This document shows positions 8,571 to 17,243 of a DNA stretch of 40,460 nucleotides, piece by piece (positions within the stretch are counted from its first letter, which is position 1; the number at the start of each line of letters is the position of its first letter). The notes under the pieces were generated by a model. The model saw only the letters and a list, made by a program, of their open reading frames with translations. It did no database searches and had not been told where the DNA came from. Position numbers and translations under genes: made by a program. The stretch lies in UHGV virus genome UHGV-1390708; one strand, written 5' to 3'. The DNA comes from a virus.

Positions 8571-8843
8571 TCATCTTGCTGTCAGTTGTTTTGATTTCCG
8601 GTAGCCTGCCGCGTAAATGGCTACGTTTGGCAGGCAAATACTTCCACTGCATTCATCTGCCTTCTTGCAGCGAAGGCTTCCGAGTGATGCTGCTTTGTCT
8701 GCTCTGACGCAACTAGAGATCTTTAGCGCAATTTTTCGCGCAAGTCTCTGCTCTTGCATTGCCTGTTCACGTTGAGCCTGCCTGCGTGCTCTGCGGCGAT
8801 TTCTGGCGTTATCGTCAGCCAGATATGTAATGACTACTGTCAT
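8571..8843 (-). CDS. N: N-type transcription antiterminator
   Basis: N-terminal arginine-rich motif NARNRRRARRQAQREQ; GGAGG Shine-Dalgarno 6 nt upstream; nutL lies upstream in the pL transcript. Confidence 0.7.
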   Translation of the reverse strand: MTVVITYLADDNARNRRRARRQAQREQAMQEQRLARKIALKISSCVRADKAASLGSLRCKKADECSGSICLPNVAIYAAGYRKSKQLTAR

Positions 8844-9202
8844 GTTGACCTCCGATGATTGACTTTGGTGGTGACGCGCCGGGTGCTTATCTTCCGGTTG
8901 CCGTCGTGCAGCTGCACTTCACGTCACCCCAAAGCCAACTACTCTTTGACTCACACTCTCGCAGTGAGCGCGCTCATGCCCTTGAGTCTCTGTCGCTTAT
9001 TAGCCGCTGATAACCGGTGCGCGTCTGGCATTCGCGCTGCCTTTCCGGAGCATGTTCCCTTATTTACCCTCACATCGGTCTGCTAAACCTGCTCGCCATT
9101 ACGCGACTCGGGGCAGCATCATTACTGCTGCATTGCCTTTCGGCTGCGGTCTAACCGCGTTAGTGCACCATTACGGCACCTCCTGTTTGGTTAAACTCAG
9201 TT

Positions 9203-9242
9203 CCCGCATTTCGGCGGGACAATCCCATCAATGTTAAAGAGC
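9203..9242 (-). promoter_or_regulatory. nutL (boxA GCTCTTTAA plus boxB hairpin)
   Basis: On the minus strand: GCTCTTTAA, 14-nt spacer, CCCGCCGAAATGCGGG; the boxB is identical to the nutR boxB. Confidence 0.6.
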
Positions 9243-9291
9243 CTGCCAATCTGTTCCGTTTGGCTACCAGCGTCCTGCTGATGGCTTAAAG

Positions 9292-9374
9292 ATAACTTAG
9301 GTTATAGGTGTGGTCAATAACCTAATTTATATTTTGTGGTAAATAAGTTATAAGTGATGGATAACAAAGGTATT
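9292..9374. promoter_or_regulatory. OL operator cluster and pL region
   Basis: Repeated 14-bp dyads of the form ATAAC-N4-GTTAT (ATAACTTAGGTTAT, ATAACCTAATTTAT, ATAACAAAGGTATT), matching the OR sites. Confidence 0.5.
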
Positions 9375-9504
9375 TTATTTTTGTAAATGTTGCTGATTGA
9401 TTGGTGTTTGAGGGCTTGCGTGCGGGGTGAAGGTGTTACCTTTGGCTTGATGCTTGTCTATGATGATGATGGGTGATTGGGTGGTGAACGGCAGGAAAAG
9501 AAAA

Positions 9505-9529
9505 CCCGGCGCTGAGGCCGGGTGTTTTT
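9505..9529. terminator. Bidirectional intrinsic terminator
   Basis: Hairpin cccggc-gctgag-gccggg with T-runs on both strands; ends the cI operon on the minus strand. Confidence 0.6.
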
Positions 9530-9824
9530 AGTCTTTTCTTTTGCTTAGCATTTCGTCGATTTCTAAGTCAATACGATATTGATCTATTGCTTTTCTCTCG
9601 TTTGGGGTTGGTATTTTATACTGTTCAATTAGATCTGTTGTGTATTTTATTTCATCTAATGTGATTTTTATATCAGAGAGAATCTCTTTTATATCAATTA
9701 GATGCTCTTCTTCTTTTGCGCGATTAGAGCTATGTTCAATCACTTGAGATAGCTTTTTACTAATGCTTAGCAAAACAAAAAGAATGATGACCAAAACAAC
9801 AACAAAAACTATCAGAAATTCCAT
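9528..9824 (-). CDS. Small membrane plus coiled-coil protein (moron in the rex position)
   Basis: 98-aa ORF; N-terminal transmembrane helix EFLIVFVVVLVIILFVLLSI then a charged helical region; GGAGGG Shine-Dalgarno; markedly AT-rich; immediately downstream of cI and followed by a terminator. Confidence 0.7.
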   Translation of the reverse strand: MEFLIVFVVVLVIILFVLLSISKKLSQVIEHSSNRAKEEEHLIDIKEILSDIKITLDEIKYTTDLIEQYKIPTPNERKAIDQYRIDLEIDEMLSKRKD

Positions 9825-9864
9825 TATCCCTCCGCACTTCCGTAAGTCTTCTTCTGATTATCGG

Positions 9865-10572
9865 TTACCAACTATGAGACGACCAGAATACTCTGCCAAT
9901 AATCCTTACGGTTTCATGAAATTCATCTCTATCCATTACTTCATCCGGGTACTCTTCGCGATTTATTGATCTGATTATCACCGATGTAGGGGTGGCGATT
10001 AATGTTTTTACTCGTAACAAATCAGACTGGCAAATAGCGTAGGTTTTACCATCTCTGATGGTGGTATCTTGCGTGTTAACACCAACAACATCGCCATCGT
10101 GAAGCGTTGGTTCCATGCTTTGCCCTACAACCCTAACTAGCTTGGCTGATCTTTCAGATACTCCCATCTTTTTCAGATAGTGCTTTCTGAAAACCAAAGA
10201 GAACTCCGATGATTCCTCTAGCTCGCAGCTACCGCTTCCAGCTGAAAGCGAAACGTTAAGAAGAGGCAACGCAACAAACTCGTCATCGTTTCTTTTAATG
10301 TCTTCCCATACCACAGCTTTTAAAGATGACTCACGGACATTGGATGGTTCTTCATGTGCACCATCCCTCATTTCACCAATACCAGAACTAAGCCATTCAG
10401 GGCGCACTTTTAAAGCATTGGCTAATTCAACCATCTTGCGAGATCCGTTTGTTTTACCGGACGACATCTTCTGTATGGCTGGCTGAGATATTCCAACCAT
10501 GTCAGCAAGCTGTGATTGTGATACCCCTGCTGAGCTCATGGCTGCATTTAGTCTTTCTGCGAATGTTTTCAT
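9865..10572 (-). CDS. cI: CI-type repressor (HTH plus LexA-like S24 peptidase domain)
   Basis: HTH 'SQSQLADMVGISQPAIQKM'; C-terminal 'VVGQSMEPTLHDGDVV' S24 motif. Start set at MKTFAERL because the longer form would run into OR. Confidence 0.85.
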   Translation of the reverse strand: MKTFAERLNAAMSSAGVSQSQLADMVGISQPAIQKMSSGKTNGSRKMVELANALKVRPEWLSSGIGEMRDGAHEEPSNVRESSLKAVVWEDIKRNDDEFVALPLLNVSLSAGSGSCELEESSEFSLVFRKHYLKKMGVSERSAKLVRVVGQSMEPTLHDGDVVGVNTQDTTIRDGKTYAICQSDLLRVKTLIATPTSVIIRSINREEYPDEVMDRDEFHETVRIIGRVFWSSHSW

Positions 10573-10584
10573 ACCCACAAATCT

Positions 10585-10647
10585 ATAACTACGGTTATCC
10601 AAAGTAAAATAACAAAGGTTATTGCTATTTTTTATAACTTGAGTTAT
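10585..10647. promoter_or_regulatory. OR operator cluster with divergent pRM/pR region
   Basis: Three dyads ATAACTACGGTTAT, ATAACAAAGGTTAT, ATAACTTGAGTTAT at about 24-bp spacing between cI and cro. Confidence 0.6.
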
Positions 10648-10683
10648 CTTTGGTTATAAGTAATGACCACAAGAGGTATGCTC

Positions 10684-10908
10684 ATGAATTTAGTAATTCA
10701 ACGAGCCTTGAAAATTGTCGGTAGCCAAAAGCGCCTTGCCGACAAGTGTGGTGTAACGCAGCCAGCAGTACACAAATGGCTGAAAGGCGGGTTGGTCTCT
10801 CCAGAGAAAGTTACCGCCATCGTTAACGCCACTGGAGGGCAGATCAAGGCTTACGAAATTCGCCCCGATTTGCCACACCTGTTTCCAAAACCGAATCAGG
10901 CAGCATAA
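10684..10908 (+). CDS. cro: Cro-like HTH regulator
   Basis: 74-aa form starting MNLVIQRAL, preceded by AGAGG; HTH 'QKRLADKCGVTQPAVHKW'; first rightward gene after OR. Confidence 0.75.
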   Translation: MNLVIQRALKIVGSQKRLADKCGVTQPAVHKWLKGGLVSPEKVTAIVNATGGQIKAYEIRPDLPHLFPKPNQAA

Positions 10909-10915
10909 GTAACAC

Positions 10916-10958
10916 CGCTCTTTAACAGTCATGGTCCTCATTCCCGCCGAAATGCGGG
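10916..10958 (+). promoter_or_regulatory. nutR (boxA CGCTCTTTA plus boxB hairpin)
   Basis: CGCTCTTTAACAG followed by CCCGCCGAAATGCGGG between cro and cII. Confidence 0.65.
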
Positions 10959-10966
10959 AATACAAC

Positions 10967-10995
10967 GCGCATAAGTTGATGCGCATAACTTCTTA
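10967..10995 (+). terminator. tR1-like hairpin
   Basis: gcgcat-aagttg-atgcgc stem-loop then a T-rich tract, between nutR and cII. Confidence 0.3.
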
Positions 10996-11017
10996 TTTGC
11001 TAAGGAAATACTTACAT

Positions 11018-11311
11018 ATGGTTCGTGCAAACAAACGCAACGAGGCTCTAAGAATCGAGAGTGCGTTGCTTAACAAAATCGCAATGCTTGGAACTGAGAA
11101 AACAGCGGAAGCTGTGGGAGTTGATAAGTCGCAGATCAGCAGGTGGAAGAGGGACTGGATTCCAAAGTTCTCAATGCTGCTTGCTGTTCTTGAATGGGGT
11201 GTCGTTGACGACGACATGGCCCGATTGGCACGACAAGTTGCTTCGATTCTCACCAATAAAAAACGCCCGGCGGCAACCGAGCGTTCTGATCAAATACAAA
11301 TGGAATTTTAA
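11018..11311 (+). CDS. cII: CII transcriptional activator
   Basis: MVRANKRNEALRIESALLNKIAMLGTEKTAEAVGVDKSQISRWKRDWIPKF... matches lambda CII as I recall it; AAGGAA Shine-Dalgarno. The track's 5' extension was rejected. Confidence 0.9.
   Translation: MVRANKRNEALRIESALLNKIAMLGTEKTAEAVGVDKSQISRWKRDWIPKFSMLLAVLEWGVVDDDMARLARQVASILTNKKRPAATERSDQIQMEF
11027..11040 (-). promoter_or_regulatory. pRE CII-binding repeat (TTGC-N6-TTGC)
   Basis: Minus strand reads TTGCGTTTGTTTGC, overlapping the cII 5' end as in lambda. Confidence 0.5.
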
Positions 11312-11335
11312 CAACATCCAGCGAGGTAATTATAT
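11257..11335 (-). ncRNA. oop: oop-like antisense RNA with tO terminator
   Basis: Minus strand GGTTGCCGCCGGGCGTTTTTTATTGGTGAG lies antisense to the cII 3' end, as I remember for lambda oop; the 5' end is inferred from the usual ~77-nt length. Confidence 0.4.
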
Positions 11336-11606
11336 GCGAAACAAAGGCTTTAATCCACCTGATACACACAAAGAAGCTAAGCGTTTGCGCTTCCTTCGTT
11401 CCATTGATGAAAGAACTCAAATATCTTTTGTGAAAGTTGCCAGAACTGAGCTTCTGAAGGCTGAGGCGAGGGCGTTGCTCCCGTCTCTACCAAAAGAGGA
11501 GGGGTATACGTTCATTCCAAACGCATTTCTGGAAAAGCTGCTCAAAGAAGACATATCCGTAAGTCAGTTTAACGATGTTCTTAAGGTCTTTCGTCAAGGC
11601 AGGTAG
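11334..11606 (+). CDS. Hypothetical protein (90 aa) between cII and the replication initiator
   Basis: MRNKGFNPPDTHKEAKRLRF...; GAGGTAA Shine-Dalgarno. The track's frame-overlapping extension was rejected. Confidence 0.55.
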   Translation: MRNKGFNPPDTHKEAKRLRFLRSIDERTQISFVKVARTELLKAEARALLPSLPKEEGYTFIPNAFLEKLLKEDISVSQFNDVLKVFRQGR

Positions 11607-11608
11607 TT

Positions 11609-12556
11609 ATGAGCAATACAGCAAAAATCTACGATTTCAGCGCCGCACACGAGCGCAGGAGCAACAGGATGGAGAACCAGAAAACTGGTTACATTCCGTT
11701 GTACCGGAGCATTCTGAAACAGTCATGGGCGAAAGATGTTTATCTTCGCACCCTGTGGGAAAACCTTCTCCTGAATGCCGCCAGAAAGCCATACAAAGCG
11801 AATTTCAAAGGTCATGAATGGCATCTGCAACCCGGTCAACTGGTTGTGACAGCAGCTGATTTAGGTCTTCAGTTATGCGACAGGCATGGCAAGCCAGCAA
11901 GCCGCGATCAGGTTGAGCGGATGCTTCAGGTTTTTGTGAAAGAGGGGATGATCTCCATTGATGGAGAGAAGCAAAAAGGTCGTGTGATCACCATCACAAA
12001 TTACCATGAATATGCTCAAAAAATGGACAATTCACCCGCACATGAAGCCGCACAAACAACCGCACATGACGCCGCACATGACGAAGCCAGTAATGGCGCG
12101 GCTTTCAGCGTACATGCCGCACATGAAAGCGCACATGAAGCCGCACAAACAACCGCACATCATGAACAAGAAGGTATTAACAAGAATATAAATAATACCC
12201 CCCTACCCCCCAATGGGGGAGGCGATGGGCAGGTTAAACCTGAACGTCGCAAGGCAGAACGAATCGACTACGAATCCTTCCTGAACGCCTACAACACCGA
12301 AGTCGGTGACAGACTGCCACACGCTGTTGCGGTCAACGAGAAACGCAAACGCCGCCTGAAGAAAATCATCCCGCAACTGAAAACGCCAAATGTGGACGGT
12401 TTCAGAGCGTATGTCAGGGCGTTTGTGCATCAGGCCAAGCCGTTTTACTTCGGAGACAACGACACGGGCTGGACGGCTGATTTTGATTACCTGCTGAGGG
12501 AAGACTCGTTAACGGGAGTTCGGGAAGGGAAGTTTGCAGACAGGGGGATTGCATGA
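11609..12556 (+). CDS. Replication initiator (O-like / P22 gene 18 analogue)
   Basis: Position between cII and the helicase; the central His/Ala-rich linker is encoded by direct repeats, an ori-in-gene arrangement like lambda O. Confidence 0.65.
   Translation: MSNTAKIYDFSAAHERRSNRMENQKTGYIPLYRSILKQSWAKDVYLRTLWENLLLNAARKPYKANFKGHEWHLQPGQLVVTAADLGLQLCDRHGKPASRDQVERMLQVFVKEGMISIDGEKQKGRVITITNYHEYAQKMDNSPAHEAAQTTAHDAAHDEASNGAAFSVHAAHESAHEAAQTTAHHEQEGINKNINNTPLPPNGGGDGQVKPERRKAERIDYESFLNAYNTEVGDRLPHAVAVNEKRKRRLKKIIPQLKTPNVDGFRAYVRAFVHQAKPFYFGDNDTGWTADFDYLLREDSLTGVREGKFADRGIA
12036..12170. repeat. Iteron-like direct repeats (CGCACATGA units; two ~30-bp copies)
   Basis: GCACATGAAGCCGCACAAACAACCGCACAT occurs twice (about 12036 and 12137) with shorter CGCACATGA units between. 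Confidence 0.6.
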
Positions 12557-13929
12557 GACAGGATATCGAAGCGAGCGTTATCGGTGGCCTGCTGATTGGT
12601 GGATTAACTCCAACCGCCAGTGACGTTCTGGCAACGCTTGAGCCGGAAGCGTTTTCAATTCCGCTCTACCGGAAAGCCTTCGAGGTTATCCGCAAGCAGG
12701 CGCGAAACAGAAACCTAATCGACGCGCTGATGGTTGCCGAGGCGTGCGGAGAGGAGCATTTCACGTCAATCCTGATGACCAGCAAAAACTGCCCGAGTGC
12801 CGCAAACCTGAAGGGATATGCCGGAATGGTCGCGGATAACTATCACCGCCGTCTGGTGCTGGACATCATGGATGAAATGCGTGAACCAATTCAGAGCGGA
12901 ACCATCGACGCATCGAGTCAGGCGATGGATGAACTTGTAAAGCGTCTTTCAGCCATCAGAAAGCCCCGTGACGAGGTTAAACCTGTACGGTTAGGGGAAA
13001 TCATCACTGACTACACTGACACGCTTGACAGGCGTCTGAGGAACGGAGAAGAGTCAGATACCCTGAAGACCGGAATCGAAGAACTTGACGCTATCACCGG
13101 AGGGATGAACGCTGAAGACCTGGTGATTATCGCCGCTCGTCCTGGTATGGGGAAAACCGAACTGGCGCTAAAGATTGCCGAAGGTGTTGCAAGCCGCGTT
13201 ATTCCTGGTTCTGACGTCCGGCGCGGAGTATTGATTTTCTCGATGGAAATGAGCGCATTGCAGATTGCAGAGCGGAGCATTGCCAACGCCGGGAGGATGT
13301 CGGTTAGCGTACTGCGAAATCCTGCATCGATGGATGACGAGGGCTGGGCACGTGTTGCTAACGGCATGAGTCAGCTTGCAGATTTGGATGTATGGGTAGT
13401 CGATGCCTCGCGGTTATCGGTCGAAGAAATACGCTCAATCGCAGAACGGCACAAACAGGAAAATCCAAACCTGTCACTCATCATGGCGGATTATCTTGGC
13501 CTGATTGAGAAGCCGAAAGCAGATCGCAACGACCTTGCAATTGCTCACATCTCCGGAAGCCTGAAGGCGATGGCGAAAGACCTGAAAACACCGGTTATCT
13601 CCCTGAGTCAGCTTTCGCGCGATGTTGAGAAGCGACCAAACAAACGCCCGACAAACGCAGATTTGCGTGATTCAGGAAGCATTGAGCAGGACGCAGACTC
13701 AATCATCATGCTCTATCGGGAAGCGGTATATGACGAGAACAGTAGCGCCGCGCCATTTGCTGAAATCATCGTGACGAAAAACCGTTTTGGTTCACTTGGT
13801 ACGGTTTACCAGCGGTTCTGCAACGGACACTTTGTTGCATGTGACCAGGATGAAGCCAGACAGATTTGCACAACATCAAATGCACCCGCTGCACGTGGCA
13901 GACGATATGCACAAGGGGCTGACGTATGA
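12553..13929 (+). CDS. Replicative DNA helicase (DnaB family)
   Basis: Walker A '[11 protein letters not shown]'; DnaB-type N and C domains; follows the initiator gene with overlapping stop and start. Confidence 0.9.
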   Translation: MRQDIEASVIGGLLIGGLTPTASDVLATLEPEAFSIPLYRKAFEVIRKQARNRNLIDALMVAEACGEEHFTSILMTSKNCPSAANLKGYAGMVADNYHRRLVLDIMDEMREPIQSGTIDASSQAMDELVKRLSAIRKPRDEVKPVRLGEIITDYTDTLDRRLRNGEESDTLKTGIEELDAITGGMNAEDLVIIAARPGMGKTELALKIAEGVASRVIPGSDVRRGVLIFSMEMSALQIAERSIANAGRMSVSVLRNPASMDDEGWARVANGMSQLADLDVWVVDASRLSVEEIRSIAERHKQENPNLSLIMADYLGLIEKPKADRNDLAIAHISGSLKAMAKDLKTPVISLSQLSRDVEKRPNKRPTNADLRDSGSIEQDADSIIMLYREAVYDENSSAAPFAEIIVTKNRFGSLGTVYQRFCNGHFVACDQDEARQICTTSNAPAARGRRYAQGADV

Positions 13930-13955
13930 CCATCTACATCACTGAGCTAATAACA

Positions 13956-13984
13956 GGGGCTATTTACACAGTAGCCCTTTTTTA
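13956..13984 (+). terminator. Intrinsic terminator after the replication genes
   Basis: gggcta-N9-tagccc hairpin followed by TTTTTTAT. Confidence 0.55.
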
Positions 13985-14010
13985 TTGGATTAAGAACGAG
14001 GGGAATCCTG

Positions 14011-14223
14011 ATGGACACCGTTAACGGAATGTGTTCAGACGCACCGCGTGCCAAGAAATGTAAATGCGGAAAATCACCGACAATATTCGACATGGATAAC
14101 GGGTGCCAAATCTACTGCGCTAACCACGCTGCTGTGGCGGCCGCGAATTATCGCAGTGCGGTAACGGAGTGGAATAACCTGAAATCTGTTAGAGAGGGAA
14201 GTCATGAAAAAACTAACCTTTGA
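14011..14223 (+). CDS. Hypothetical Cys-rich small protein
   Basis: 70-aa ORF with CKCGK...CQIYCANH; GGGGAA Shine-Dalgarno. Confidence 0.5.
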   Translation: MDTVNGMCSDAPRAKKCKCGKSPTIFDMDNGCQIYCANHAAVAAANYRSAVTEWNNLKSVREGSHEKTNL

Positions 14224-14644
14224 AATTCGATCCCCAGCACATCAGCAAAACGCTATTCACGCGGTACAGCAAATTCTTCCAGACCCAACCAAACCAATCG
14301 TAGTAACCATTCAGGAACGCAACCGCAGCTTAGACCAGAATCGAAAGCTTTGGGCTTGCCTTGGTGACGTCTCTCGTCAGGTTGAATGGCATGGGCGCTG
14401 GCTGGATGCAGAAAGCTGGAAGTGTGTGTTTACCGCAGCATTAAAGCAGCAGGACGTTGTTCCTAACCTTGCCGGGAATGGCTTTGTGGTAATAGGCCAG
14501 TCAACCAGCAGGATGCGTGTAAGCGAATTTGCGGAGTTATTAGAGCTTATACAGGCATTCGGTACAGAGCGTGGCGTTAAGTGGTCAGACGAAGCGCGAC
14601 TGGCTCTCGAATGGAAAGCGCGATGGGGAGATCGGGCAGCATGA
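14204..14644 (+). CDS. ninB: NinB recombination protein
   Basis: 146-aa ORF MKKLTFEIRSPAHQQNAIHAVQQILPDPTKP... matches lambda NinB as I recall it. Confidence 0.9.
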   Translation: MKKLTFEIRSPAHQQNAIHAVQQILPDPTKPIVVTIQERNRSLDQNRKLWACLGDVSRQVEWHGRWLDAESWKCVFTAALKQQDVVPNLAGNGFVVIGQSTSRMRVSEFAELLELIQAFGTERGVKWSDEARLALEWKARWGDRAA

Positions 14645-15168
14645 CTATCAAATCAAATACGCCAGCACACGACAAGGACTGCTGGAGAACGCCGCTTTGG
14701 CTTTTTGATGCACTGGATATTGAGTTTGGATTCTGGCTGGATTCGGCAGCGAGCGACAAAAATGCTCTGTGTGCTCACTGGCTAACTGAGGCCGACGACG
14801 CGCTCAATTCTGAGTGGGTAAGCCACGGTGCAATCTGGAATAACCCACCGTACAGCAATATCAGGCCGTGGGTGGAAAAAGCCGCTGAGCAGTGCATACA
14901 ACAGCGACAGACGGTAGTGATGCTTGTGCCAGAGGATATGTCTGTCGGATGGTTCAGCAAGGCTCTGGAGAGTGTTGACGAAGTTCGCATTATCACTGAT
15001 GGACGGATTAATTTTATCGAACCATCGACAGGGATAGAGAAGAAGGGAAACAGCAAAGGTTCCATGCTGCTGATTTGGCGACCGTTCATCAGTCCTCGAC
15101 GGATGTTTACTACCGTATCCAAAGCGGCATTGATGGCGATCGGGCATGGCGTCAGGAGGGCAGCATGA
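14641..15168 (+). CDS. DNA N6-adenine methyltransferase (phage Dam-type)
   Basis: 'NNPPYS' catalytic motif; ATG overlaps the ninB stop (ATGA). The track's 5' extension was rejected. Confidence 0.8.
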   Translation: MTIKSNTPAHDKDCWRTPLWLFDALDIEFGFWLDSAASDKNALCAHWLTEADDALNSEWVSHGAIWNNPPYSNIRPWVEKAAEQCIQQRQTVVMLVPEDMSVGWFSKALESVDEVRIITDGRINFIEPSTGIEKKGNSKGSMLLIWRPFISPRRMFTTVSKAALMAIGHGVRRAA

Positions 15169-15341
15169 GACGACAGCGACGAAGTTTCACCGACATAATC
15201 TGCGAAAACTGCAAATACCTTCCAACGAAACGCTCCAGAAATAAACGCAAGCCAATACCAAAAGAATCTGACGTAAAAACCTTCAACTACACGGCTCACC
15301 TGTGGGATATCCGGTTGCTAAGACATCGTGCGAGGAAATGA
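15165..15341 (+). CDS. ninE: NinE
   Basis: [49 protein letters not shown]... matches lambda NinE from memory; AGGAGG Shine-Dalgarno. Confidence 0.8.
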   Translation: MRRQRRSFTDIICENCKYLPTKRSRNKRKPIPKESDVKTFNYTAHLWDIRLLRHRARK

Positions 15342-15703
15342 CTATGGATTATTCACAGTTAAGTGATTTTGAAATTAACGTGGCGGTATTCGAAGCCATT
15401 CATAACGGATCACCGGATTACAAAGAAGGTGAGAATGGCGATATGGTGTTTGTCTCATTTGAGGGAGACATTGTAAACGGAGACGCAGTTGAAGTAGAAG
15501 TTGAGCGCGGATCCTTTAACCCATGCGCAAACCCAGCAGACTCATGGCCGATTATTGAAAAATACAGGATTAGCATTATCAATCTCGATGAAGACGAGTG
15601 GGGTGCACGCGGTGTGGCCTACTGTAAATCTAAGCGAGCTATACATGAAAATCCCCTCCGCGCCGCCATGATTGTCTTTCTCATGATGCAGAGAATCCAA
15701 TAA
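15338..15703 (+). CDS. Hypothetical nin-region protein (121 aa)
   Basis: ATG overlaps the ninE stop; acidic protein. Confidence 0.55.
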   Translation: MTMDYSQLSDFEINVAVFEAIHNGSPDYKEGENGDMVFVSFEGDIVNGDAVEVEVERGSFNPCANPADSWPIIEKYRISIINLDEDEWGARGVAYCKSKRAIHENPLRAAMIVFLMMQRIQ

Positions 15704-15879
15704 TGCTTAGCCCATCCCAATCAATTCAATACCAGAAAGAAAGCGTCGAGCGGGCTTTAACGTGCGCTAACTGCGGTCAGAAGCTGCATGTGCTGGAAGT
15801 TCACGTGTGCTCCGATTGCTGCGCAGAACTGATGAGCGATCCGAATAGCTCAATGTACGAGGAAGAAGACGATGAATGA
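15703..15879 (+). CDS. ninF: NinF
   Basis: Manual translation [58 protein letters not shown] (below the track cutoff); matches lambda NinF from memory. Confidence 0.7.
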   Translation: MLSPSQSIQYQKESVERALTCANCGQKLHVLEVHVCSDCCAELMSDPNSSMYEEEDDE

Positions 15880-16594
15880 GTTAATAAATGGCAATGCCAT
15901 CAAAATGACAAGCATTGAAATCGCTGAGTTGGTTGGTAAGCGTCATGACAATGTGAAACGTACCATCGAAACGCTGGCTAAAAATGGTGTTATCCGGCTT
16001 CCTCAAATTGAGTATTGTGGAAGAATCAATGGGTTAGGCTTAAATCAAAGTTTTTGTGTGTATGTATTCGAAGGCGAACAAGGAAAGCGAGACAGTATTG
16101 TCGTTGTAGCCCAGTTGTCGCCGGAATTCACGGCTCGCCTTGTTGACCGTTGGCGAGAGCTTGAAGAAGATGCGGTTAATATCCCAAAAACGCTACCAGA
16201 AGCGTTGCGCCTTGCTGCTGACCTTGCTGAGCAGAAAATGCAACTGGAAAACCAGCTCGCAATTGCCGCACCTAAAGTTGAGTTTGCCGATCGAGTTGGC
16301 GAAGCCAGCGGAATTTTGATTGGAAACTTTGCAAAGGTTGTCGGTATTGGTCCAAACAAACTGTTTGCGTGGATGCGCGATCACAAAATCCTTATTGCTT
16401 CAGGTTCCCGGCGCAATGTGCCAATGCAGGAATATATGGATCGCGGCTATTTCACAGTGAAAGAAACAGCGGTCAACACAAATCACGGAATACAGATATC
16501 GTTCACCACAAAAATCACCGGGCGTGGTCAACAGTGGCTGACCAGAAAGCTGCTCGATAACGGAATGCTGAAAGTAACAGGGGAGGCTGCTTAA
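15872..16594 (+). CDS. Roi-like / antirepressor-type protein (Rha-like N-terminus, KilA-C-like C-terminus)
   Basis: N-terminus 'IKMTSIEIAELVGKRHDNVKRTIETL' and C-terminal domain typical of phage antirepressor/KilAC proteins; nin-region position like HK022 roi (from memory). Confidence 0.65.
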   Translation: MNELINGNAIKMTSIEIAELVGKRHDNVKRTIETLAKNGVIRLPQIEYCGRINGLGLNQSFCVYVFEGEQGKRDSIVVVAQLSPEFTARLVDRWRELEEDAVNIPKTLPEALRLAADLAEQKMQLENQLAIAAPKVEFADRVGEASGILIGNFAKVVGIGPNKLFAWMRDHKILIASGSRRNVPMQEYMDRGYFTVKETAVNTNHGIQISFTTKITGRGQQWLTRKLLDNGMLKVTGEAA

Positions 16595-16884
16595 TGGCTA
16601 ACCTACGCAAAGAAGCGCGCGGCAGAGAATGCCAGGTACGTATTTACGGCGTATGCAATGGCAACCCTGAAACTACAGTTCTGGCACATTACCGGATGGC
16701 TGGAATTTGCGGAACGGGAATGAAGCCTGACGACCTGATCGGCGCATGGGCTTGTAGCGCGTGTCACGATGAAATCGACCGACGCACCCATAATCTCGAC
16801 AACAAAGACGCCAGACTTTACCACCTCGAAGGCGTGATCAGGACGCAGGCGATACTACTGAAGGAGGGGAAGATTAAGCCATGA
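16594..16884 (+). CDS. DUF1364 / YbcO-like protein
   Basis: MANLRKEARGRECQVRIYGVCNGNPETTVLAHYR... resembles E. coli DLP12 YbcO as I recall it; conserved cysteines. Confidence 0.6.
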   Translation: MANLRKEARGRECQVRIYGVCNGNPETTVLAHYRMAGICGTGMKPDDLIGAWACSACHDEIDRRTHNLDNKDARLYHLEGVIRTQAILLKEGKIKP

Positions 16885-17243
16885 ACGAATATCAGTTTGT
16901 GCTTCCATACCCGCCGTCGGTGAATACCTACTGGCGAAGACGGGGAAGCCAATACTACATCAGCAATAAAGGCCAGAAATACCGAAAAGACGTTCAGCAA
17001 ATCATCCGCCAACTCAAGTTAGACATTTTCACCAAATCACGACTCCGCATCAAAGTCATCGCAGACGTTCCAGACTCCCGCCGCCGCGACCTCGATAACA
17101 TCCTGAAGGGTTTACTCGACTCCCTTATCCACGCCGGATTTGCGGAAGACGACGAGCAATTCGATGACATTCGCGTAATTCGTGGCGTGAAAGTACCAGG
17201 CGGAAGGCTTGGAATAAAAATCACCGAACTGGAGAACGTATGA
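16881..17243 (+). CDS. rusA: RusA Holliday-junction resolvase
   Basis: 'PPS.N.YWR...RRRDLDNILKGLLDSL' RusA-family motifs; 120 aa. Confidence 0.85.
   Translation: MNEYQFVLPYPPSVNTYWRRRGSQYYISNKGQKYRKDVQQIIRQLKLDIFTKSRLRIKVIADVPDSRRRDLDNILKGLLDSLIHAGFAEDDEQFDDIRVIRGVKVPGGRLGIKITELENV

Noticed and set aside
8859-9237. Plus-strand ORFs (75 and 61 aa) in the N leader region
   Set aside because: No RBS, opposite to the pL transcription direction, and the region behaves as a structured untranslated leader.
9865-10602. Longer form of cI starting at 10602
   Set aside because: The extra 10 codons would overlap the first OR operator dyad; the Met at 10572 is the more plausible start.
10931-11017. N-terminal extension of cII (track start at 10931)
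   Set aside because: The extension would run through the nutR boxB and the tR1-like hairpin; the lambda-type CII start with AAGGAA RBS is at 11018.
12006-12191. 61-aa His/Pro/Lys-rich ORF inside the replication initiator gene
   Set aside because: Alternate-frame reading of the iteron repeats; no RBS; fully nested in a well-supported gene.
13011-13367. Antisense 118-aa ORF inside the helicase gene
   Set aside because: Nested in a conserved helicase domain; no RBS; typical GC-rich frame artefact.
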